This document shows positions 47,403 through 57,693 of a stretch of 64,000 bases of DNA, piece by piece. Where the stretch lies: contig DHVJ01000015.1 of NCBI GenBank assembly GCA_002412595.1, forward strand, positions 144,080 through 208,079, given 5' to 3'. A program made the position numbers and the translations under genes. The DNA comes from Anaerolineaceae bacterium UBA5211. Its GTDB lineage: Bacteria; Chloroflexota; Anaerolineae; Anaerolineales; Anaerolineaceae. Position 1 is the first letter of the stretch; each line of letters opens with the position of its first letter. Below the pieces are notes generated by a model. The model was not told the origin of the DNA, did no database searches, and saw only the letters and a list, made by a program, of their open reading frames with translations.

Positions 47403-47455
47403 CCAATGCAACAGAGGAATCTCATGATTCCATCTGTTGCATTGGTGTTTTTTTT
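47403..47455 (+). terminator. Long stem-loop with T tract on the + strand
   Basis: CCAATGCAACAGA-GGAATC-tcat-GATTCC-a-TCTGTTGCATTGG then TGTTTTTTTT. Confidence 0.6.
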
Positions 47456-47522
47456 ATCAACTGTCGGCTGATTTTCTTCCTAAATCACAGAAGTATCAGG
47501 GTTTATCCATTCACGAAATGAC

Positions 47523-48782
47523 TTAATCCGCTTTTTTAGGATCGTTAAAAGTCAATCCAAATGCACCGCGCTCAGCAATAGTCTGATCATCGGGGCATGG
47601 AATATCATATTGCGCAACTTCCGGGCTGAATTGGCTGTAGTGAATAGTTTTGTAATGTTCTACAAACTGTTCTCCTGAAAGGAATCTTTTATCTGAGTAT
47701 TGGATATATTCCGTATAGAAATTGGCCAGCCTGGCGAAAATGTTACCCGCCGCCATCCAGAAATCTGTCTCTTCAATAAACTCATCCGTGGCAATCGTAT
47801 ATTTTGCTTTCCCGGAGAAACTGGCGTTGACCGGTTTGGTAGTCACCAAGACAGTGGTCAAGTTTAGGAAGTTGTGCTCATCCATATTTTCCACACAGCG
47901 CTGAACGGTTTTCCCGTCAGGGCAAATGCTGAAGACAACCGAATTCTCTCCCCTGCGGTTATGCACCCAGTATTGCTCATGTCCATATTCCTCAAGCTGC
48001 TGCCAGATGCCGTCAGCAGCGGATTGCTCCATAAATTTAGCTGCACCATATTGCGCCAAAGGCATGCTGGGGCCGGCTCCGAGGAAATAGAATTTTTTCT
48101 GGTCCATGGTTTCTTTCATTAATTCTTTCATCAACGGTTCATTCGTCATGCAAGCTTTGAAACCAATCGCCATGTCTTTTACAATCTTGTCGAATATTGC
48201 CTGCTCCTCAGAAGCAGGAAGATTTCCATTCCACAGACCCATCTTAATTCCAACAATCTTCAACAAAAGGGTTAAGCCCATATAATTCCGGCTGCCATCG
48301 ATGTAGCAATTATTATCCGTTGAATAGCACAACACATTTTGGCAGGATGCCGTAAGGCGGCTTTTAGGCGTCAAAGTAACCGCAACAACCGTCGCGCCGC
48401 GGCTTTGGGCAAGATAACTGCTTTCGACAGTTCTGGCAGCTGAACCGCCGCCGGAGCAGATCAAAACCAGTGAATTTTTAGGCATATAGTCCAGGTAATA
48501 ATTATTGAATTCCTGGGATTCTAAAACCTCAATTTGCACACCGGATTTTTTCCAAAAATCCAGCTTAGTGGAATCAGCTGAATACAGCGAATCGCCAATA
48601 CCGATCGCATACACTTTGTCGTATTTTTTACTCAGAATCGATTTAAACTTATCCACCTGCTGCGGAAATTCGGTGCAAACCTTCTTGATTTCAGTTGTAA
48701 ATTGATCTAAATCTTCCGTAGTGAGAAATTCACCTTTTACCATATCGAAATATTTGAGAGCTGCCGGTTTTTTTGCATTCAT
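47523..48782 (-). CDS. Double SIS-domain protein (GlmS/FrlB-like isomerase or deglycase)
   Basis: G.GDSL, S..G..ART, GAGP......GAAKFME, EEYGH; no glutaminase domain. Confidence 0.82.
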   Translation of the reverse strand: MNAKKPAALKYFDMVKGEFLTTEDLDQFTTEIKKVCTEFPQQVDKFKSILSKKYDKVYAIGIGDSLYSADSTKLDFWKKSGVQIEVLESQEFNNYYLDYMPKNSLVLICSGGGSAARTVESSYLAQSRGATVVAVTLTPKSRLTASCQNVLCYSTDNNCYIDGSRNYMGLTLLLKIVGIKMGLWNGNLPASEEQAIFDKIVKDMAIGFKACMTNEPLMKELMKETMDQKKFYFLGAGPSMPLAQYGAAKFMEQSAADGIWQQLEEYGHEQYWVHNRRGENSVVFSICPDGKTVQRCVENMDEHNFLNLTTVLVTTKPVNASFSGKAKYTIATDEFIEETDFWMAAGNIFARLANFYTEYIQYSDKRFLSGEQFVEHYKTIHYSQFSPEVAQYDIPCPDDQTIAERGAFGLTFNDPKKAD

Positions 48783-48812
48783 TAACAACCACCTTTATTA
48801 ATATAAAATTTT

Positions 48813-49688
48813 TTATTTCTTTGAACCATTTAAAACAATACCGTTATAAGTTTTCATAAATTGATCAAGTTTTTCTTGATCCAAATTGCCGGTCATATTG
48901 CCCGTATCCTTTAAGCAGGAGGCAACAAAAATCCCGTCTGCCAGATCATAGACTTGAGACAGGTTATTTACATTAGCGCCCCCGCCCAAAAAGACATATT
49001 TGTCCGGAAGATTATCTTTAACCAATCGTATCTTCTCAGTGGACTCGGCAAAATCTTTTCCTGTGATGATCAACGCATCCGCAAGTCCTTGACTGATTGC
49101 CTGCTGGCAGGCGTCCAGCAAACTGACATTTCCCAATGGGGATGAACTCCGGTCATGGATATCAGGCCATATTTGCACATCGCATTTCAGTTTGTACCGC
49201 ATCTCAAGAACCTGGTCAACGCATCCAGAATGAATGCCATCCAGCCCCACAACCGCGCCCACATAGGCTTTTGGCCGGATGTAATCCGCTTCGATGGCTG
49301 AAGCAATCGACACCATCGCGTCCGCGTCGTCGCGCAAAACACTGACACCCAGTACACAATCATCCGGCAGCGCTTCTCGAATCGCATAACCAATCACCGT
49401 CATATAGGAAACAATGTTCGTACCGACATGCACATACATGGGCAGATCGTTGACATTCTGGATCAGGATATTTCTGACGCCGGCTTTATACAGCATCTGC
49501 GCTTCATCAACCGCCTTTTTGAGGATGTTCTTGAATGGCAGCGTATTAAGCGTTGTCCCAGGCAATGCCTGAATGCCGACCACTGAAGCCAGGCCAAAAG
49601 GCGTCAATAGATTTTCCGGCTGGCCTTGCCGCGGTTCTTGCTGATATAAGATTTTTTTAGTAATTGCATAATTCAATATTTTATTCAT
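48813..49688 (-). CDS. BtpA/SgcQ family TIM-barrel protein
   Basis: LPG.......A..EA..L..AGV..I.IQN.ND.P; G..VL.DD; A.YIR...YVG; DALIITG; G.G.N..N; ADG..VAS.LK..G. Confidence 0.85.
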   Translation of the reverse strand: MNKILNYAITKKILYQQEPRQGQPENLLTPFGLASVVGIQALPGTTLNTLPFKNILKKAVDEAQMLYKAGVRNILIQNVNDLPMYVHVGTNIVSYMTVIGYAIREALPDDCVLGVSVLRDDADAMVSIASAIEADYIRPKAYVGAVVGLDGIHSGCVDQVLEMRYKLKCDVQIWPDIHDRSSSPLGNVSLLDACQQAISQGLADALIITGKDFAESTEKIRLVKDNLPDKYVFLGGGANVNNLSQVYDLADGIFVASCLKDTGNMTGNLDQEKLDQFMKTYNGIVLNGSKK

Positions 49689-49705
49689 TCAATCCTTCCA
49701 TTCCT

Positions 49706-50863
49706 TTATTTAAGCGGTTCTATCCGAGAATCAAAAATTTGCCGGAAGTTTTCCGCTCTTCTCCAAGGTTTTTGGTCAAACTCAAATGGCTTGATTCCCA
49801 AGACTTCACTCAGGTGCATTGCCATCAACTCTAAAGGAATCGGGTAAATCAATTGAGAAAACTCCTCTTTTATGCCATCCATGCCGCAAATCGGTAAATA
49901 AATATCCGCGGCCCGGGCTAATTCCTCATCATTTTCCTCACCAATGACGATTTTTTTACCATCCATTACGGTAACAGCCTGCAAGATTTCTAACGCACGG
50001 TTCCTTGAACCACCCTTTGGCGCAAGCACAACGGTGTGTGTGCCCGGCTTGGTGGTAAAGTATTGCGTATGGGCCCATTCTTCAACTCCCTGAGGAATTG
50101 AGTCAAAGCCGGAAGCCTCCAGAAGTTTCATACTGCCAAACAAAGCCGTTCCCCAATTCGGGCCGCTTCCTAAAATATGGAAGATTTTAATCTTGTTGGG
50201 ATTTTCCTCTGAGCTGTAGGCAGCAAGGTATTTGCGGATCAGCTCAAAATTGTTTTTCACGGTCAATTTCATGGCTTCGCCAAGTTCAGTGATATAGGCA
50301 AAAATCTCGCGCACGTCTTCATCACTAAGAACACCTTTTTCTTTTCCAAGTGCAATGGCAAAACACATGAGGGCTAATTGAGAAGCAATGTACGATTGTG
50401 TCCCTGGTGCCACCCCAACCACATTCGGGATGTTAACAAAGATGTTCTCCATGGCTGTTTTAGCCAGCGGGCCATCCGGATTGCTGGTTATGCCAATGGA
50501 AAACGCCTTCATTTCTTTAGCCCGCAGCGCGCATTCAATGGTCCTGGCAACACGCCCTGATGAAGAAATGGAAAGCACAATAGCCTGCTCATCCACTTCG
50601 GTCGGACAAATGTATTTTGAGAATTCCATGGCATGGTGGACTTCAACTTGAACTTTGGCGTACTTCGCGAAAAAATCACGGCAAGCTAACCCGGCGCAAT
50701 ATGAATCACCGCAACCGGTTATATAAATCCGGTTTGCCTTGGATGCCATTTCCGTCTTTTCCAGGATTGTGCCCACCTGTTTCATGATATCGTCGCCGCA
50801 CAATTCAAACAATTTTGCTTGTGCTGCAATTTCGTCAGCCATGATCTCGATTGATTTACTCAT
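49706..50863 (-). CDS. Double SIS-domain protein (GlmS/FrlB-like)
   Basis: EI..Q, TGCGDSY.A, SISSSG...RT, PGT.SY, GSGP.......GSMKLLE, EEWAH. Confidence 0.85.
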   Translation of the reverse strand: MSKSIEIMADEIAAQAKLFELCGDDIMKQVGTILEKTEMASKANRIYITGCGDSYCAGLACRDFFAKYAKVQVEVHHAMEFSKYICPTEVDEQAIVLSISSSGRVARTIECALRAKEMKAFSIGITSNPDGPLAKTAMENIFVNIPNVVGVAPGTQSYIASQLALMCFAIALGKEKGVLSDEDVREIFAYITELGEAMKLTVKNNFELIRKYLAAYSSEENPNKIKIFHILGSGPNWGTALFGSMKLLEASGFDSIPQGVEEWAHTQYFTTKPGTHTVVLAPKGGSRNRALEILQAVTVMDGKKIVIGEENDEELARAADIYLPICGMDGIKEEFSQLIYPIPLELMAMHLSEVLGIKPFEFDQKPWRRAENFRQIFDSRIEPLK

Positions 50864-50879
50864 CTTTCACTTCCTATAA

Positions 50880-51839
50880 TTATTTGATTTTTTGCGCTGA
50901 CCGGTTCAACTGTGTGCTGAACTTATTGAAACGGTTAACGACTTCTTGATGCTCGATTGAATAATTATGGATAACACCATATTCTTCCAAATTAAATGAT
51001 GCGGATATGATCCCATGCATCGCTGCGGTATAAACATCCTGGTCAATAATATAGCTTGCCATAAATCCACCGCAAAAAGCATCCCCGCACCCAGTTACAT
51101 CCACAATTCCATCCGCTGTATAGGCTGGCACATGCCAGGCTGAGTCCATTTCGCGGTCATACACCAGAACTCCCCTGGAGCCTAATTTCACGCCAACCAC
51201 ACGCGGACCGCGCGATGAAATATCTTCCAAAAATGGGATATATTCGCTGATGGCTTCTTTGGCTTTCAAACTAAAGAATCTGAGCAGTTCTTCCTCGCTC
51301 GGTAAAAATATTGAGATCTTCTTCAATAATTCGTTCCACATTTCTTCAAATTGTGGATAGACACCCTGAAAATGGGGGTCAACTAATATTAAGGATTCTG
51401 CCGGCAGAGACCGGATAATATCTGCCTGGCACTCTACCGGGAATGCAGCCACCAGAAATGCCGGGCTTTTCTGATATTCGGGCGGGATATCTTCTGGGAA
51501 AATTCCCATGACATCATCGTAAGATCCCCAGCGCTGTGTGATGAAATATCGATTTCCCTTCCGGTCAAACAGGTTCCAAATATGGATGCTGGGTGCGTTT
51601 AACTTTTTAACGCCGTGCAAGTCCAGACAGTCGCCAACTTTTTTAAAAATACCGTCCAAGTCGTAATCATTACCACGTCTGGTTACAAAGCCCACAGAAT
51701 TTACATCCCAAAGGCACAAACCCGCCAGAGCATACAATCCGGAACCTCCGGGTGAATCTAACAGTGCCGGTTGATCAAACTTTACAACATCGTCCAGGGT
51801 CAATTGGCCAATAACGACAATTTCAAGATTAGTAGTCAT
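50880..51839 (-). CDS. PfkB family carbohydrate kinase
   Basis: G..TLDD; PGG...Y; FLPSEEE; VKLG..G; DVTGCGDAFCGGF. Confidence 0.9.
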   Translation of the reverse strand: MTTNLEIVVIGQLTLDDVVKFDQPALLDSPGGSGLYALAGLCLWDVNSVGFVTRRGNDYDLDGIFKKVGDCLDLHGVKKLNAPSIHIWNLFDRKGNRYFITQRWGSYDDVMGIFPEDIPPEYQKSPAFLVAAFPVECQADIIRSLPAESLILVDPHFQGVYPQFEEMWNELLKKISIFLPSEEELLRFFSLKAKEAISEYIPFLEDISSRGPRVVGVKLGSRGVLVYDREMDSAWHVPAYTADGIVDVTGCGDAFCGGFMASYIIDQDVYTAAMHGIISASFNLEEYGVIHNYSIEHQEVVNRFNKFSTQLNRSAQKIK

Positions 51840-51867
51840 AAGAATTATTAACTTGCCATAAAATAAT

Positions 51868-52821
51868 TTACGACATGCCTTTCTCAAAAGGTAACCCTTC
51901 AGCCTTGGGTCCGGCCAAACTCTTCGGTCCGAGGATCAACACGATTACTGTGATCAGGTAAGGCATTAATTTGTAGTAATTGCCGGGAATACCCAACGTA
52001 TTGAAAAATGGAATGCCGGAATAAATTGCTGACATGGTTTTCAATGTCCCAAAGAACAGGGAGGCAAAGAATATTTTTGAGGGCTGCCATTGGCCCAAAA
52101 TCATCACTGCCAGCGCCAGGAACCCATATCCGGATACCGTGCCGTTGAAGTTTGTGCTATTGGGCAGTACGAAAACCAAACCGCCCAAACCCGATAATCC
52201 ACCCGAAATTAATACACCGATGTAGCGAATTTTCTGAACATCAATACCAACCGAATCCGGTGCCTGGGGATATTCACCGCAAGCGCGCAGCCTTAAGCCG
52301 AACTTGGTTTTATAGAGAATAAAATGTGAAATCCATAAAACAAGCAAACCCAAATAAGTGGTGAGGTAAATATTTTTGAAGAGTAAATCTCCTAGTATGG
52401 GTATTTGGGAAAGGAAAGGAATTTCCTCGATCATAAAGGTATTTTTAAAACTGATGATCGAATCACCGATGAAAAGCCTGGCCACAAAAACAGAAAAAGC
52501 GGGAGCAATCATATTCAATGCCTGACCCGAAATAATCTGATTGGCCTTAAGGTTGATGGATGCGAAAGCATGCAGGAGGGAGAAGATCATTCCGCTGACA
52601 ATTGAGACAAGTACCGCTAACAAAAGCAGCGTCTGACCGGTGATATAACTCTCAGCGTAACGGATAAACATAAAACTGGCTAGCGCGCCGATGATCATGA
52701 TGCCATCCAGCCCGATGTTCGTAATACCGCATCTTGAAGAGAACATCCCGCCTAAAGCAACAATCAATAAGGGGATTGAAAAATTGAGCATCTGATGAAA
52801 AATAAATGTTATGGTATCCAT
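51868..52821 (-). CDS. Nucleoside/sugar (CUT2, NupC-like) ABC permease
   Basis: PL...ALGG.FS..G..NIG.DG.M; Q.ISG.A.N; T.FGLRLRA.GE.P.A.DS.GI; GFLALA..I.G.W.P. Confidence 0.92.
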   Translation of the reverse strand: MDTITFIFHQMLNFSIPLLIVALGGMFSSRCGITNIGLDGIMIIGALASFMFIRYAESYITGQTLLLLAVLVSIVSGMIFSLLHAFASINLKANQIISGQALNMIAPAFSVFVARLFIGDSIISFKNTFMIEEIPFLSQIPILGDLLFKNIYLTTYLGLLVLWISHFILYKTKFGLRLRACGEYPQAPDSVGIDVQKIRYIGVLISGGLSGLGGLVFVLPNSTNFNGTVSGYGFLALAVMILGQWQPSKIFFASLFFGTLKTMSAIYSGIPFFNTLGIPGNYYKLMPYLITVIVLILGPKSLAGPKAEGLPFEKGMS

Positions 52822-52830
52822 GAAATTTTC

Positions 52831-53949
52831 CTATTCGTTTTTAAGCGAGTCCGTTTTTTGTGATTCCTTATAGCTGAAATGCAATGCAAATTTATTTACT
52901 TTATTCTTAAAAACCAGAGAGAATGCACTGAAATAAATCAGGACGGCAGTAATAATCCCGACGGTCTCTACCGGGAAGCCATAGCCTTGCATAAGGGACC
53001 CGCCCACGATGATATATGCGATAAATAAACTGGAGAAGATGATCCCGATCGGGTGCGACATTCCCAATAACGCCACAGGTATGCCATATCCCGGTTCAGT
53101 GATAAACAGTTCAGAAATTTTATAGTTTTTAGTTATTGCGGATAAGTACAGTATTCCACCAGCCAACCCCGCAATAAAACCGGAAATCAACATCACAATG
53201 ATAATATTTCTGGTTTCGTTAATCCCTGCGTATTTACTGGCGTCCCGATTCAATCCGCAGCAGCGCAAGCTATATCCAAAACTCGTTTTATATAAGAGTA
53301 TATAAACCAGGATAGCCACGATAATTGCAATAAATAAACCCGAATTGACGGTTGAGCCGGGAAAGATTTTATCCAATCCCAGTTTGGGCATTAGGGCTGT
53401 TTTCTTAACATAGGCAGACATCGCGGTCGTGCTTTCATAATGTGTATCATGAACCAGTTGATTCACCAGGTATAAAGCGATGTAATTCATCATGATACAG
53501 GAGATAATTTCGCTGACACGAAAATATGCTTTCAAAATCCCGGGCACAGCCGCCCATATCACGCCGGCCAATGACGCACCAATCAGCGCTACAATCCAAT
53601 GTATTGAAGCCGGCATGGTGAGTTTTCCGCCAATGATGATGGCCACATACGCAGCAATCGTGAATTGCCCGATCACGCCGATGTTAAACAACCCAGTCTG
53701 GAATGAAAAGCCAACCGCCAAGCCGACAAGAATGAGGGGCGTCGTGTAGTACAACACCTGGCCAATCCCCCGCGCGCCATCTGAAAAACCGCCCTGCAGC
53801 ATGACCAAAAAGCCAGGCCATGCGCCAGCACGGTTGAAGATAACCATGACGACCAATCCAACGATCAATCCCAGCACAATCGAGATAATGGATGCCAGCG
53901 TATTGCTAAATGCATCATTATTCAGTATTTTTGAAATTAGCTTTTTCAT
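52831..53949 (-). CDS. Nucleoside/sugar (NupB-like) ABC permease
   Basis: TPLIL.GLAV...F..GLFNIG..GQ; EII..IM.NY.A; G.N..A.KYAGI; alternative TTG start at 53961. Confidence 0.92.
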   Translation of the reverse strand: MKKLISKILNNDAFSNTLASIISIVLGLIVGLVVMVIFNRAGAWPGFLVMLQGGFSDGARGIGQVLYYTTPLILVGLAVGFSFQTGLFNIGVIGQFTIAAYVAIIIGGKLTMPASIHWIVALIGASLAGVIWAAVPGILKAYFRVSEIISCIMMNYIALYLVNQLVHDTHYESTTAMSAYVKKTALMPKLGLDKIFPGSTVNSGLFIAIIVAILVYILLYKTSFGYSLRCCGLNRDASKYAGINETRNIIIVMLISGFIAGLAGGILYLSAITKNYKISELFITEPGYGIPVALLGMSHPIGIIFSSLFIAYIIVGGSLMQGYGFPVETVGIITAVLIYFSAFSLVFKNKVNKFALHFSYKESQKTDSLKNE

Positions 53950-53950
53950 C

Positions 53951-55474
53951 TTATGCACCAACTTTTGAACCTAACATATAAAGACCCAGATCTCTCTCGG
54001 ATACGTCTTTCGGCAATACATTTGCAACAATTTCACCGTTGAACATCACCAGAATCCGGTCACTGACGTTCATAACCTCATCCAGCTCCAGCGAAATTAA
54101 TAGAATTGCCTTTCCGTTATCCCGTTCGCGCACAAGCTGCTTGTGGATATATTCAATTGCACCGACATCCAAACCGCGGGTCGGCTGAACCGCAATCAGT
54201 AGGTCATGTGACCGGTCCATTTCCCTTGCGAGGATCGCCTTCTGTTGGTTGCCGCCCGACATACTTTTAACAACCGTGTCCGGCCCTTTTGCCGAGCGAA
54301 TATCATATTGCTTGATTAGTTCTGTTGAATATTTTTGGATACTTTGCGAATTCAGAAAACCATGATTGCTAAATTTATCGGTGAAAAAAGATTGCAAAAT
54401 AAAATTATTTGCCAGGTCAAAATCCAGGATAAGCCCATGTTTATGCCTATCCTCAGGGATATGAGAAATATGTTTATAATTGCGCTTCCTTACGGACCAA
54501 TCTGTAATATCCTCGCCATTGAGACTAATTTTCCCGGAAGTAGCCGGCATTAATCCGGTCAATGCCATGACCACTTCATGCTGACCATTATTCTCAATAC
54601 CCGCAATAGATACAATCTCGCCTTTATGTACATCAAAGGAGACGTGATTGACTTTGTTTTTTTCACTTAACCCAGGGGCTTTGATCACCAAATCTTCTAC
54701 GTGTAAGGCCACCTCGCCGATCTGGGGTTCATCTTTTTCAACCTGGAGCATGACCTTTCGGCCGACCATCATTTCAGAAAGTTGTTCGTTGGTTGCTTCA
54801 GCAACATTGACTGTCGCAATGAACTTTCCTTTACGCAATATCGTGCAGCGATTAGCCACCTGCTGAATTTCGTCAAGTTTATGGGAAATAAAAATGATGG
54901 ATTTTCCTTCAGCGGCTAAATCTTTGATAATTCTGATTAATTCATCAATTTCCTGGGGAGTCAGCACAGCAGTGGGTTCATCGAAGACCAGAATTTCGCT
55001 ATCCCGGTACAACATCTTTAAAATTTCAACCCTTTGCTGCATGCCCACTGTCATATCTTCGATCTTTTTATCCAGATCAACCAGCAGGCCGTACTGCTTA
55101 CTTAATGCGTCAACTTTCTCGCGTGCTTCTTCCATTTGAAGAACGCCGCCTCTGGTTGTTTCAACACCTAAAACAATATTCTCCAAAGCTGTGAAAACTT
55201 GTACCAGTTTAAAATGCTGATGCACCATACCAATGCCCAAGCGATTGGCTTCATGCGGATCACTGATCTTAACTTCTTCCCCTTCTACTAAAATTCTTCC
55301 GCCATCCGGTACATACAGTCCGAATAAAACACTCATCAAGGTTGATTTCCCTGCCCCGTTTTCCCCCAGCAAAGCATGGATTTCACCTTTCTTGAGCTGA
55401 AAACTGATATCGTCGTTTGCAACAATTCTTGGGAATATTTTCGTGATATGTTGCATCTCGAGAATGTATTCCAA
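53951..55474 (-). CDS. Double-domain ABC ATPase (NupA-like)
   Basis: GENGAGKST, GMVHQHF, DEPTAVLTP, PEDR..GL, SGGNQQK, QPTRGLD. Confidence 0.95.
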   Translation of the reverse strand: MEYILEMQHITKIFPRIVANDDISFQLKKGEIHALLGENGAGKSTLMSVLFGLYVPDGGRILVEGEEVKISDPHEANRLGIGMVHQHFKLVQVFTALENIVLGVETTRGGVLQMEEAREKVDALSKQYGLLVDLDKKIEDMTVGMQQRVEILKMLYRDSEILVFDEPTAVLTPQEIDELIRIIKDLAAEGKSIIFISHKLDEIQQVANRCTILRKGKFIATVNVAEATNEQLSEMMVGRKVMLQVEKDEPQIGEVALHVEDLVIKAPGLSEKNKVNHVSFDVHKGEIVSIAGIENNGQHEVVMALTGLMPATSGKISLNGEDITDWSVRKRNYKHISHIPEDRHKHGLILDFDLANNFILQSFFTDKFSNHGFLNSQSIQKYSTELIKQYDIRSAKGPDTVVKSMSGGNQQKAILAREMDRSHDLLIAVQPTRGLDVGAIEYIHKQLVRERDNGKAILLISLELDEVMNVSDRILVMFNGEIVANVLPKDVSERDLGLYMLGSKVGA

Positions 55475-55498
55475 TTTATCACCTTTATAATATTTATA

Positions 55499-55546
55499 TG
55501 GGGCAAGTGCTGATCTTTGTTCTTCTCGTTTCCAGCACTTGCCCCA
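55499..55546 (-). other. Stem-loop downstream of the substrate-binding protein gene (probable mRNA stabiliser)
   Basis: 14-bp stem TGGGGCAAGTGCTG/CAGCACTTGCCCCA, 20-nt loop, no U tail. Confidence 0.6.
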
Positions 55547-55610
55547 ATTGATGGTTAGTGCAATTTTTTTGTTAATTTACCTTTAATTAGCTTTGCAATA
55601 GCATCAATGT

Positions 55611-56756
55611 TTATTGGACATAGGTCAATTTTGCGCAGGTCAGCGGAATCTGCTCGGGTGATTCATAGTCTGTGTCGGTCGGAATCGCCGCTGAAATGCC
55701 ATCAACATCGTCTGCCAAGCGCTGATAGAGGTCATCATACTCAGCCTGCGTGAAGTTTTTGAATTTCATCGAGGCCAGAGCAACACCATTTTCCTTGGCG
55801 GTGTACAGAACGATCTTGCCGCCTTCGAATGTGCCATCTTGCCAGGCTTGCAGGGAATTGTAGGTGACTGTTTCGAGGTCTTTGATAGCCGAGGTGATGA
55901 TGGTCGGTGATTCAGCGGATTGATCGGAATCAACGCCGATGACAACGCCATTATTCTGTTCAGCAGCAGCGAATACGGAAGCGCCCATCGGGCCGGCGGC
56001 TACGTGAATGATTTCCGTTCCACCCTGGAACCATGAAGCAGCGCGTGCCTGATTTTCGGGTGTGGGTTTGAAATCACCGGAATAGTTGTACATGATTTCA
56101 ACATCATCCAGGCCTAACTCTTTGCAAGCTGTCTCGATGCCCCAGACAAAACCGTACCCGAAGCGGACCACCGCCGGCACAGCCATACCGCCCATGAAGC
56201 CTAATTTGCGATAGCCATCTTTGACCGCCGCATAACCTGCGAGGAAGGTTGACTGTTGTTCTGCAAATTGAATGGCTAACACATTGGGGGTCAGGACCTG
56301 ATTTCCATCCTCGTCGATCGGCACCGTATCGAAGATGATAAAAGTAACATCAGGATAGGCTGTGACCATTTCTGATGCCGCGGCTTTAAATTGATCACTG
56401 TTAATAATGATGAATTTTGCTCCGGCTTTTACAGCGGTGTCGCACAAGGTAACCTGCGCTTCAACAGTATCTTCAACCGGTTGGTAGTACATGTATGACA
56501 GGCCATTTTCATCGCCAAATTTCTTGACGCCAGTCCAACAGCCCTGGTTGAAGGCGCGGTCGTCCAAAGTACCTGCCGCGGAAATCAACAACGCGATATC
56601 GCCGCCGCCGGTGGTCTCGGATGCTGCAGCCGGCGCAGCTTCTTCAGCAGCTTCTTCAGCAGATGCTGCAGCTGTCGCAGTCGCCTGCGGCGCGCATGCA
56701 CTTAGAAACGCGAAAACAACCACTAAAGATAAAACGGTAAAAACTTTTTTCTTCAT
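55611..56756 (-). CDS. BMP-family ABC substrate-binding lipoprotein
   Basis: Lipobox LSAC; G..DD..FNQ..W.G; F.E.Q..FLAG.AA; GF.GG; IGVD.DQ; TSAIK. Confidence 0.93.
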   Translation of the reverse strand: MKKKVFTVLSLVVVFAFLSACAPQATATAAASAEEAAEEAAPAAASETTGGGDIALLISAAGTLDDRAFNQGCWTGVKKFGDENGLSYMYYQPVEDTVEAQVTLCDTAVKAGAKFIIINSDQFKAAASEMVTAYPDVTFIIFDTVPIDEDGNQVLTPNVLAIQFAEQQSTFLAGYAAVKDGYRKLGFMGGMAVPAVVRFGYGFVWGIETACKELGLDDVEIMYNYSGDFKPTPENQARAASWFQGGTEIIHVAAGPMGASVFAAAEQNNGVVIGVDSDQSAESPTIITSAIKDLETVTYNSLQAWQDGTFEGGKIVLYTAKENGVALASMKFKNFTQAEYDDLYQRLADDVDGISAAIPTDTDYESPEQIPLTCAKLTYVQ

Positions 56757-56874
56757 CCTAGTCTCCTAAATTAATTGTTATTTGATAAAAATGGGAAATA
56801 GAATAGTTGAATACACACACCTCCTTGTTAATTTAGTTTCTTGTAATAGTGCCCGGTTTATTTGAGTTCTTGTG

Positions 56875-57645
56875 TTAAGAAGACCTAACCAGCATAATAT
56901 TTATAATTTTGTCGTTATGGTAATTCATGCAATAAAGCATGGGATTGATATAAGCATTGCTAAAATGCGTTTGTTCCAGACATAAAAGCGGGGCGTGTTC
57001 TTCAACATCCAGCCTGCGAGCCATTTCCAAATCAGCTGAAATCGCATGGACATGCGTGATCACAGTCTGGATACTGTAGTTCGCTTTTCGAAAATAATCA
57101 TAGATTGACCAGTTTTTGGCTTTCACACTCTGCGAGAAATCATAGTCCAGCCCCGGAATTTCACACGAAAGATATTCCTCAGACTGAATGACGGGAATAC
57201 CATCCGCTGTGCGTACCCGAGAAATATGTACTACTTTCACCGATTCAGAAATTTGCAGGTTCTCCGCAACTGTTTGGGAAGGAGTTTCAATCTGAAAAGA
57301 AAAATCAATCTGCCCGGGTACCTTTTTTTGATTTGCAATCAGGGTTGAAGTCCCCACGGCATCTGATAAATTAGCCTTTAGCATTACCCCGGATTGAGGC
57401 GTCACAAATGTTCCCACTCCACGCTGGCGGAATAGATATCCCTTTTCAATCAGTGTATTCAGCGCTTCACGCAGCGTGTTGCGGCTTACTCCCATCTGGT
57501 CAGACAGGTTGGGTTCGCTGGGCAACTTTTCACCAGGCACGAATATATCTGTTCGGATTGCATTCAAAATTTGATTAACGACTTCGTCCGTAACAGATGG
57601 GTACACGATTTTTCGGAAAAATTTGTTTTGTTGGTTGTCCAACAT
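56875..57645 (-). CDS. GntR/HutC (UTRA) family regulator
   Basis: PGEKLPSE..L....GVSR.TLREAL..L...G.L.R..G.GTFV; R.R.ADG.P...E. Confidence 0.93.
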   Translation of the reverse strand: MLDNQQNKFFRKIVYPSVTDEVVNQILNAIRTDIFVPGEKLPSEPNLSDQMGVSRNTLREALNTLIEKGYLFRQRGVGTFVTPQSGVMLKANLSDAVGTSTLIANQKKVPGQIDFSFQIETPSQTVAENLQISESVKVVHISRVRTADGIPVIQSEEYLSCEIPGLDYDFSQSVKAKNWSIYDYFRKANYSIQTVITHVHAISADLEMARRLDVEEHAPLLCLEQTHFSNAYINPMLYCMNYHNDKIINIMLVRSS

Positions 57646-57665
57646 CCTACTCCTTAGTTTTTTAA

Positions 57666-57693
57666 AGTATATGGAAAAATATTAATTTGTCAA
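57666..57693 (-). promoter_or_regulatory. sigma70 promoter of the GntR cluster
   Basis: TTGACA-16-TATACT; GTTG-GA-CAAC palindrome (57634-57643) overlaps the start of gntR. Confidence 0.65.
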
